Below, one piece after another: positions 54,601 to 64,000 of a stretch of DNA of 64,000 bases. Source of the stretch: Paragordius varius. Lineage: Eukaryota; Animalia; Nematomorpha. The notes under the pieces were generated by a model. That model saw only the letters and a list, made by a program, of their open reading frames with translations. It did not search any database and was not told where the DNA came from. Within the stretch, counting starts at the first letter, position 1. Each line of letters opens with the position of its first letter. The translations under genes were made by a program, and so were the position numbers. Where the stretch lies: positions 6,696,001 to 6,760,000 of the forward strand of contig OZ176056.1 in assembly GCA_964247055.1 (NCBI GenBank), written 5' to 3'.

Positions 54601-57600
54601 TCAAAGTAATTTGGTTGGTTCAACGGATGGTACTACATGGGACGAAAATGCCAACTCTAAATTACAAGTTTATTTTTGTTACGAAAAACTTTTTTTTCAC
54701 CTATTTTAAATTTATTAAAATTGTTAAAAATGAGTTTATTTTATTAAAACTTATTAATACAGTAAAAATTGAAATTATAAAGACAAAACATAAAAAAACT
54801 CGAGATGTCAAATATTTTTTAGCATGCAAAGACAGGCTATATATATTTGCAGAAGTGTTGCCAAATAAGGAATAGATATGTCTTTTGATTTTCAATTTTC
54901 ACTCTTGTCCGAGTTTTATACATATATAAAAATTTTAAATTTTTCGATTTAGGATCTTAGTAATAAATCTTCTGGTACCACATACGGAGACCAGGTTATT
55001 ATATTGGGTGCCGCCAGTAAAGGAATCATAGATCGAAGTCATCAACATAATAGACAGGTTAGCTTTTTTAAAAAGTCCTTTTTTTAAAAAAAAACATTTT
55101 TTACATTTGATACCGTTCGCAAAATGTTATATTCCTACCCTCCCTTTAGAAAAGTAGTTTTGAAAAAATAATTTTTTTTAAAAAAAAATTAGTTTATTCT
55201 AAACTTTTTTTGTGTAGGCATTTGCTCATGAATATCAAAAAAATCCGTTTGACCATATGACTGATGAGGTTATGATTATGCGGGGAGATGGTATTATGTT
55301 TTTTTTATAAATAAAATATATTACGACAATTATCAAATATCTTTGATAAACCATTGAAAAGCTATGAAATAAAGCTATAAAATACGGGTATAGAGAAAAA
55401 TTTAAAATATACTTATCAAATAATTCGGAAATTCCATGATTTGAAATATTGGCAATTACAAATAACAAATTTTTGCATAAGTTTAATTAAATTTTAGCAA
55501 CAAACTCGCAAAAATTGATGAAATAAATTCACAAAACAACGTCTGTTCATATTTTCTTACAGTCTTATGTTTGATATTACAAAAAATATTCATTTTGCCC
55601 ATACATTATTTAAATTTGACACCTGCAAAGCCATATAATATGTTGGACACCCCTGGATATCATTTTTTAAAAATTTATTATACCAAATATATATATGTAA
55701 ACTAAATTTTAATTTTGAATGTCAAATTTTATGTTTTAAAATAAAATAACTATTTTCTAGTGAATGGGAATCAATCTTATCATGGTATCAATCCACACAC
55801 AAACGCACCCTATTATACCTACTATAATACGGCAAACAGTTAAATTTTTATTTATACTTTTTAACTTTTTTTCGTTAAAAAAATGTTTTTTTCTTGCAAA
55901 TTATCAAGTATTTTTTATGAAATATATTACAATTTTTTTAATTTTAAAAGATTCAGATTCAATGATGATGCCTAATGATTATACCAACAGCAGTGATGTA
56001 CGAATGTATAATAATGATCCGAATAGGAATTTAACTTTGGAAGATCATTTACATGTAATTATTTACTTTTTTTCTTTTCATATATATTTTTCATCATTTT
56101 GAATGGCTCTACATATGATATATCAAACTTTTTTGCTATACTTTTAAAGTTTTAAATAAATATAAAATGTTTTGGGTTTACCATTTGAAACGTAATAAGA
56201 ATAATCTATGTTGTTTTATTCGTTGAAATCTGATAGAGTTTAAGTTTGTAAAAAGATTTGAATGCATTATAGCATTCAAAAAATCAAGTTAAAATTTTAT
56301 AAATTTTGGAATTTCCATTTTCAATATCAAATCATTTATTGAATCTTGTTTACCAATTATATTATCCGCATTCAAAATCGTTTCTGATTAATTAAAAACC
56401 TAAATATCATATATACATGTAATCCTCTTTTGCGAGATATATTTTGAAATCCATTTTTTCTTTTTTAACGAATAAAATTATTTTGGGGGCAATGCGTATT
56501 CAATAACGATAAAAAGTTGCCCATATACAATCATTATTTATAATAACGATTCTTATGATTAAAAACTTTTTTATACGGGATGTTTTCCCTAATTTTACCA
56601 ACTGATATGATGTTATATAATATGCAACAAAACATAACTCTATTTTATATATTACGTTGCTATTCAATGCATACTTATAATACTTTTCTGTTATTAATAT
56701 TTTACGTGACATGTTATATACTACGTGACAAGTTTTAGATTACGTGACTGTTTTATAAATGCACACTCATCATTATCAGAAATTTGTATATGTTAATGCA
56801 CGATAAAAATATATAATAAGATACGTATACATTTCTCGGAATTAAATATAACCTATATAAACAACAACTTCTTCAGTGTTTTCCCATTATTGTGTTATAA
56901 TAAATTATACCCAACTGATATTACCAACCTATGGGCAGTTGTGATATTTATTCATTTGAAATATAAATCCAACCTTTTTTCATATAATTTTTTATCCGAC
57001 TCTTGCGTTCTAATTTTAATTATGTCTTTTTGCTTTAGGATTTTATGAAAATTTCAAGTGGACCAGGAACCACGTCAACAGACGCGACAGCCAATAATTC
57101 AATCATTCTTTCATCCCCAAGCCAATCTTTTAATAACACAACGTTAAACAATACAAATGATATGAGTAGCAGAATTATTACAGGCTCTGATGAATTGGAA
57201 CAACAGCCTAATAAAGCAGGAGGAGGTGGAAATGGTTCAATCAAAAAGAAAAAATCGAGTATGGGTGGTTTTCGGACACCGTCATTTTTGAAACGCAAAA
57301 AGAGTAAGGTAGGTGTGTAGCTTAGTCTTGTTTCAAATATAATGATTTTGCCTTTGAAAACACAGTTTTTAGAAAAAGGAACAAATGAATTTAGATTTGA
57401 ATTTATAAAAGGATTGGGCTTTTTATATAAATATTATATTTTAAGATATTATTTTTTTACCATTATCTCTTGATGTTTCCTTATATTTAATATGCTTTTA
57501 ATATTTCGGCTTCATATTCAATTTCTCAACTACATTATTCTAAATAGTTTATTCCCCATAATTTTACCATTTTTCATTCAAATTGATTAATCACTGTAAT

Positions 57601-58417
57601 TTTTTAAATTTACAACCGGGGTGACCGACATGCGGCTCTCCAAATTTTTTCACTATTTTGAAAAACCAAATAAATGGTAAAATTATAATTTTCATTCACC
57701 TTAAGTTTTGTAATAATTAATGAGATTAATGGCCCGCCATTTGAGGTGAAAAGGGCGGACCGTAAAGCCATCTGTGTTGCATAACTCTGATTTTTAGGCG
57801 CATTGTCACCATTTTTACTTTTATACATGATCCATTTTTGAATGTAGGAAAGACAACATGGTACCAGCAATAGCAGTACCGGTAACAATCCAAATACCTC
57901 CATGATTGTAAACACATCATTTACCCCATCCGCAGTTTCGCATGAGGATACTTCACTTATGTCAGTGGGCACGGATAATCCTTCTATACTATATGGCGGC
58001 AGGATTGAAAATGAATCCAACATTAATTATTCACCATATAATACCACCAACATTAACAATGTATCACCACCCGCTTCAAATTTCAATAGCAACAACAATA
58101 ATAATAATAATTGTATCAACAGCAATGGATATAACAATATACTTCATAGTACTACAGCGGTAGCCTTAAATGAATCCGTTAACCCTTACAATGATAATTT
58201 TTATTCTGGTGATAACCACCATAGAAACCAAAATAATAGTAAAAGTAGTGTTAGTAACTCATCATCACCTAGTAAAAGGAATGGACTTAAAACACCAACG
58301 CAGGGTAGTGTTTCTAACGCAGGAACACCCATACGATGTGGCCCGACGCAACTCCATTCTAATGTGAATAGTCCTAGCCGGATTATGTTAAATTCGCCCA
58401 AAGATACGGCAGTTTAA
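42626..58417 (+). CDS. hts: Adducin (hu li tai shao-like): class II aldolase-like head, neck, MARCKS-like tail
   Basis: Exons 42626-42653, 44644-44813, 46750-46915, 47668-47819, 48715-48860, 49879-50233, 50937-51035, 52046-52315, 52825-52985, 53632-53755, 53986-54090, 54560-54667, 54953-55057, 55218-55290, 55761-55838, 55951-56054, 57039-57308 (or to the stop at 57320) and 57848-58417, all phase-compatible. Hallmarks: IDPNDPEHIR.MQRPADVKEDM...RKRVS.VLNS, EKSLRCKLASL, HFLINPYGLL.SEVTASSL.K, ELEFEAYMRRLDNMGYKTGYPY, WLNSPNAY.RVEI..GT..PKKITKW, AGPQS, ASKGII, NPFD, KKKK....FRTPSFLK. Confidence 0.93.
43533..43729. mobile_element. Short MITE with a perfect 19-bp TIR (adducin intron 1)
   Basis: CAGTATGCACATTAATGTT ... 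AACATTAATGTGCATACTG. Related fragments at about 47240-47295. Confidence 0.6.
44032..44626. mobile_element. Two tandem CCATTTACA-type MITEs (44032-44292 and 44297-44626)
   Basis: TA|CCATTTACAATTCAAATTCACCC...GTAAATGG|TATA|CCATTTACAATTCAAATT...TTTAAATGG|TA. The TIRs contain ~20-bp subrepeats (AAATTCACCCTT[G/A]AACAATTC). Confidence 0.75.
45833..46082. mobile_element. CCATTTACA-type MITE
   Basis: About 50-bp TIRs: CCATTTACAATTCAAATTCACCCTTGAACAATTCAAATTT and AAATTTGAATTGTTCAAGGGTGAATTAAATTGTAAATGG|TA. Confidence 0.75.
48105..48343. mobile_element. TA-flanked CAGTAAAAA-type MITE (Tc1/mariner-like ends)
   Basis: TA|CAGTAAAAATT...AATTTTTACTG|TA. Confidence 0.6.
48376..48629. mobile_element. CCATTTACA-type MITE
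   Basis: TA|CCATTTACAATTTATATTCACCC...TTTGAACTGTAAATGG. The body is shared with 44032 and 45833. Confidence 0.7.
50656..50923. mobile_element. CAGTAAAAA-type MITE abutting an adducin splice acceptor
   Basis: About 50-bp TIRs: CAGTAAAAATATGAATTATAAGGACAAAATGTAAAAATATAAAGAC and GTCTTTATATTTTTACATTTTGTTCGTATAATTACAGTTTTTACTG|TA. Partial relatives at about 53510-53545 and 54757-54800. Confidence 0.7.
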
Positions 58418-59570
58418 AAGGCATAAACGCAAAATAAAAATTATTTTGATTTTTTTTTATATGTAACGCTAAAAATTGAATAATAACATGGGCAGTTAGA
58501 GAAAATTTCTGCCACACTAATTTTTATTTTTTAAGCTTCTTTGAAACCCTGATCAATGTATGTATTTTTTACAATAATTCTAGTTATGATGCTTTTTTAC
58601 ACCAAAAGAAATACCGGACGGTTAGATAATTAGTGCCACTTATTATTATATTAAAACTGGTTTTTTAGTGTAGTTATATATAATTGTATTATATTTCTTA
58701 TGAAGGTTAATCATTAAATTTGGTCACAATATTGATGTTTTCAATTATTTGTGTGTTTTGATTATATTTTACAATATTTTTCTATATTTTTTACTATTTT
58801 TAGATAAAAAATCTAGCATTTACTATATGATATGACTTATTTTTAGCCATTCTTCTTATTTGCTCTAAAATCTCGCGCTTATGATTTTGATTTTTTAAGC
58901 ATTTATATCTTTTGTACTACATAAAATTTTTGTAAATTTTACATTATCTCAAATTAATTATTACAATACTTATTAGACACTGCTTAATATTTTTGATATA
59001 TCATCTGTGAATTATATTTTTAACCAAAATCTTACCTTACTACCAATTTTGTATATACTTACCTGATTGTAGAATTTTATCTAAAATTTGTCCAAAAAAT
59101 TATTCGCCCGCTTTTCTTGCATTTTTAATTATTTATCAACAGCAATTTTTTACATTATTACGAAATTATTTAAATCATTTACCACACCAAAATTATTATT
59201 TAATAAACATTTTATGGTTATAATTTTATGTCCAAAATTTTAAATAAAAATAAAATTTGCTAAACATAAATGATGTTAAATTTCATTGGTTTCGAAATGT
59301 CATAGAATCTTTGTTAAAAACATACGTGAATGATTAAGCGAATAGTTAGCCAAAACCAAATATCGTCGATTTTTTATGCACTTTAAGCAATAATTTTTTT
59401 AGAAGCCCTGGTTGATTGCCGGTCTAAATCAGTATTTATAAGTCATTACCGGTATTATTGAGAGAAAACAGCGAACCATTCGTAGCCGATGAAATGACAG
59501 AGGCCCCATTTTTTTTAACATTAAACGACAAACACTAGGGTGCTAACAAATGTTCTAATTAATAATTATC

Positions 59571-60422
59571 ATGTCGAATTTTGTTCCAGCAAAGAACACT
59601 ATACCCATACTTTTTTTAATTTCATTGGAAGAAAAAGTTTATTGTAAAAAAAAATTTGGTGAACGTGCTTTATCGATAAAAATACATCTTAACATAATAT
59701 CGAAATTTAAAAGTTGTGACATACTAAGATAGTGGGCGCTCTAATCTGCCATTTAACTAGGAAGACGCTAATTTGATGACTCAACTCAAACTCAGCAATC
59801 TGCAGAAGCCTAAATGTCACACAAAACAATCAAATAACATCATCGATCAAAAGAAGTGCCAAAAAATAATTATTTGGGGCTTATACAAATCGAATGAACG
59901 TTAGATCGAAAAAATAAATTTTAAATCATATTAAGCATTAGGTTGTGTGACAAGCCAGTCAAATCAATGCCAGATCGCTTTATTATCTGTGCCTTGTGGG
60001 ACTAGAGCAGTTTATAAACTATTAGACCCGGCAAACGGGTAATACACAAGCTATGGTCAAAAAATAATATCAATGCATTTCATAAACATTCATTGAAAAA
60101 AGAGTGGGATCGGCCAGAAGACACGGCAAAATAATTTTGCTATATGCCAATGTTCTATCACATAGTAAACCAGCACTTTATTATTGCTTCGATGGAAATT
60201 CTTCCGCATCCGCCGTACTCACCTGGCTTTACGCCATTTGTCTATGATCTCTTCGCATCAATGTACACGCTCGCACAGCATACTTCAATATTTCGAAAGG
60301 TCGGAAAATGAGTTGATAAATAATTTTTTGGACAACACAATAAGTTTTTAGAGTCTGGCATTCAAATATTACCTGGGAGTTGTGCGAAATGTGTAAAAGC
60401 CGATGGACAATATTGTGTGTAA
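59571..60422 (+). pseudogene. Degenerate Mos1-like (mauritiana-type) mariner transposase
   Basis: Fragments are collinear with Mos1 as recalled: MSNFVPAK (MSSFVPNK), FHWKK, FGERALS, KFKS.D, (W)EILPHPPYSP...YDLFASM, GIQILP....KCVKADGQY..*. Many stops, frameshifts and deletions. TIRs are too decayed to place (about 59345-60480). Confidence 0.85.
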
Positions 60423-60709
60423 ATTTAAAAATTGCTTCCTTTAAAAATTACGTATATTTTACCAAGTTAAAGGCTAATACTACATTTGGTGTATATATAA
60501 GTTAATGGAAATAATTTTGAAATGGTATTTTTATTCTTTAAAATATACTGTGTTCGCTGGAAAAAATTATTTAGCATTTGCAAAATGTATTAGTAAGCAA
60601 ATACAACAAAATATATAAATATATTTTACAAAGTTGGCATAATATTTTTCATAATGCATTGTTTTTACTTAAATATTCGAATAATATTGCTCTTAAGATT
60701 TTATTTATA

Positions 60710-61300
60710 CCATTTGCACTTCAAGAGTGTCCTTAAACTTTAAAATCCTTGAACACTTCAAGTTGGTTCTTAAACACTTTAAGTTGATTGAACACTTCAA
60801 GCTGGTCCTATTTTGTTTTTAACTTTTATCAATCGAATCATATATCATTCAGATTTCGTTTTTAACCTATTTTTTTTATTATTTACCATAATTTTTAATT
60901 CAATATCAACTTTTAATCATAGAAACCGTATATCTTTATTAATTTCGTAAAATTCTTTTTGGATACTTATAAGATTTTTGAATGCAATTAAAAAATTAAA
61001 TTATCTGAGTTATTTTTTACAAATTTTCATTGAAAACATTTAAAAGTTAAAATTGTTAAATTGGAAAAAAATAGTTTGAAACAAAAAAGTGGTTTTTAAA
61101 ATTTTTTTATTTTTGAATGAACAAATATATAATAAAAAAGAAAAATAGGTTAAAAAATAATAAAATAAAAATATACATGCAAAAATTATGGTTAATTCAA
61201 AAATTAAAGATTTTAAGGACCAACTTGAAGTGTTCAAGGACCAACCTGAAATGTTCAATAACCAACTTGACAAGGACCAACTTGAATGAAGTGCAAACGG
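60710..61300. mobile_element. TA-flanked MITE with tandemly subrepeated TIRs (relative of the CCATTT family)
   Basis: TA|CCATTTGCACTTCA...TGAAGTGCAAACGG|TA. Each arm carries 3-4 copies of a ~20-bp unit CCTTGAACACTTCAAGTTGGT. Confidence 0.7.
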
Positions 61301-63284
61301 TATATTTAAGTTTGGAGCAATTTGATTGATGTAACTGGCTAACAAACAAATTAATATAATTAATAAATTCTTAAAAAGGGCGGGTTTAAAAAATTAGCCA
61401 AAATATAATATTAAATTTTAGTTTTGAAAAAAAGAATCCCATATACTACTTTAATGCCATTTTATCCTCATCTCAAAACAATCTGATTTTTCAATTCCAT
61501 AGTTATAGTTGAGTCTTTAACAAAATAATATTTAATATGAATATCGGCAGAAAATGGTTTTCGCTTTAATCATATTATGTTGTCTAATTGTCTTCTGGTT
61601 TATCCAAAAATTATGGAATATAAAATAATTTCGTTAGAACGTTTTTATGTTTGTGCATCAAAGCTAAACAAACTTCTAAAATGGTTTCAACGCATTCCAT
61701 ATTTTATAAAATAAAAATTTTGATTTTAATTAGGATTTGGTCATCAATCCCGTTTTTTATCGAAGGACATGAGAACATGATTTGTATTCAAGTGTTAAAG
61801 TAATATACTTTTCTATGAAGTTTTTATAAAAACCTTTATATTCTTAAAGCTGAAAACAACTAATATTGATTCATCTAAATAGCATAGTCAATAAAAATAT
61901 CTAGATGTGATTTAAATTTAGGTGTAAAATATGTAGGTTTGGCATTTAATTTATCATATTATAATATGTCCTTGAATTCGTCTTATTTCACACCTGATAT
62001 TTTGATATGACAAGGTATAAATACGCAAATGATAAAAGCCATACAATGACTTTCATAAAAATTAATTTAATTGGATTTGCAATCCAAAATTTATTAATTA
62101 AATCAGTGTTTGAACAAAAAATCAATATATTTTAAAATAGTAATTAATGCACATACGACAAAAATATTAATTGATAAACACGTTAGTTAAACTTTAATCT
62201 TGTATTTACTGTAATAATTAAATTACTTAGGTTAATGTTCTCTCTGACAATGGGCCAATTTTTATTCCATGGTAGGCACATCATAGGCAAAAATATATAT
62301 TAAAATATATGCAAAATTATCATCTGCACTGAAATATCTATAGGCTATAAAACCTTCAACTAAAATTATATAGTCAAAAGATAAAATGAAGTAAAAATGT
62401 TGTTAATTTAAATTGTGTACATTAATCCAATTTATTCAAGATTCCTATAATAGGTAGAAATTCAAAATTCAATGTTAAACCAAAAATAAACTAAAATTGA
62501 AATAAATTAAAACATTTGTACACATATTGCAGTTAGTGTTATTAATATTATAAGTAAAATCAGCTGTTTGTTTCAATTGAATTTAGTACTAATTTACTAT
62601 AAAAAAGATTATTAAAAGAAAACTTTATCTTTTATATATTTTAATCATGAATGTACTTAGTCAAAAAAACCTATAAAATTATTTACCAGTTTAAAGCTCT
62701 GGTTTAAGTATTAAAAAACATTTCCAAGCATTATACAATTTTTAAAATTTTTATAATTATAGGATTTATAACGTTTGAAATATTGTCAAAACAAAGCAGA
62801 CAAATATATAAAAAATATGAAAGTTTTCTGTATCCTCGCCCGTCAAAATTAAAACTCAGGGTACTTGTTTTAAAAGTAAAAATGCCCACCAATGAATTCA
62901 GCAAAATAAACAATATTTTTTTCAATTGAACTCTTTTATTATGAAATGCTTTGGTGCTTTCAAATTAAATCGATTCAATGATTTTTTTATTAGCTGAACA
63001 TTACCTTTTATCAATAATATTAAAAAGGAAACATCTTAAACATATGTACATCGAGAGATATACTGCTACTATTACGGCACAATATTTTCATTTTTTATTT
63101 ACATTGTAAAAAACTAACATTAAAAATGAAAATAATTCTCTTTGTGAAATTTGTTTTGTGGGAAAATAAATAATGATTATGATGCGTTTAACAGAAAATG
63201 TGGGGGTAAATGATTATATCAGCTGATTGTTTAAGTTGTTTTGTGATGTATCTTTTTTAGAAAACTTATAAGTTGCTTAATACA

Positions 63285-63535
63285 CCATTTACACTTCGAA
63301 ATCCTCCTGCCTGGAACAATTCAAATTCGCCCTAAAAATGTTTTTTTAGGATTAAAAATTACCTATTTCTATTTATAATTGAAATTTCGTCTAAAAGAAA
63401 TGATACTGAAAAAAAAATAAGCTATGCCATACGGATATATTTTATATTACTGATGAGTTATATTAGCCTGAAAATACATAATTTCTTTTTAGGATGAATA
63501 TGAATTGTTCAAGGGTGACTTTAAATTTTAAATGG
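63285..63535. mobile_element. CCATTTACA-type MITE
   Basis: CCATTTACACTTCG...GAATTGTTCAAGGGTGACTTTAAATTTTAAATGG|TA. The body is shared with 44297-44626. Confidence 0.65.
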
Positions 63536-64000
63536 TATATATAAATTAAATGTTTGATAAATATATTAGCCGTGCCATATAACGCGTCATTCTCTTGTCT
63601 TTCGATTAAGTACAGCGTTGTCCAAATATACAAAACTTAAAAAGTATCTATATAATATATGGCCATTATATATAATATTTAAAAAAATTGAAACAATTTT
63701 CATCTCGTTTATCGGTCTAAACACTGGCAAATAAAATGACTTTATAATGCTTTTATTCAGCAAATTTTTGATAAATTATTTTAAAAAAGCCTTTGCAAAC
63801 ATTAAACTATAGAGATAAACTGAATAAAAAACTCTATACTTTATATAAACTTAATGATTGATATTGGATTATAATCCAATTTAGATAAATCTTATTCAAT
63901 TTTATTAAAAATTTAAATTGTGGCTCGAAAAATCCCTAATAAAATATTAAAGGGAATATATATAAATGAAAATAAAAATGTTACTCCTTCTGTATGTTTC

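Noticed and set aside
57610-58401. Minus-strand ORFs 57610-58023, 57726-57920 and 58201-58401
   Set aside because: Antisense to the last adducin exon and intron, with no independent coding signal.
61040-62925. ORFs 61040-61345, 61117-61329 and 62731-62925
   Set aside because: The first two are translations of MITE subrepeats and AT-rich sequence. The last starts at TTG, has F/I/L/K-biased composition typical of random AT-rich DNA, and has no splice support.
1-64000. tRNA, rRNA or other structured RNA genes
   Set aside because: None recognisable by eye. A tRNAscan-SE/Infernal run would be needed to exclude them.

Overview
Very AT-rich eukaryotic (invertebrate animal-like) genomic DNA with spliceosomal introns. 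No prokaryotic operons, CRISPR arrays or RNA genes were seen. Three conserved intron-containing genes lie on the + strand: a DUF229/alkaline-phosphatase-like protein (4799-8439), a RalGPS-like RasGEF+PH protein with long Asn-rich inserts (~22595-27528), and an adducin/hu-li-tai-shao gene of about 18 coding exons (42626-58417). Two small orphan secreted-protein genes flank the RasGEF gene: an acidic 3-exon protein of about 151 aa (19527-20160) and a 65-aa precursor of a strongly cationic peptide (28335-28532). The rest is dense in mobile DNA. This includes a complete but inactivated Mag-type Ty3/gypsy LTR element with TSD, PBS and PPT (13946-18253), and a cluster of non-autonomous Helitrons with internal ~480-bp modules in head-to-tail and inverted arrays (29634-36230, 40403-41463). 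There are also several MITE families (TTAA-flanked, TA-flanked), a long-TIR CACTG element, a Penelope GIY-YIG relic and a Mos1-like mariner relic. Exon boundaries and repeat ends were read by eye and may be off by a few nt. Family assignments come from recalled motifs, not from database searches.
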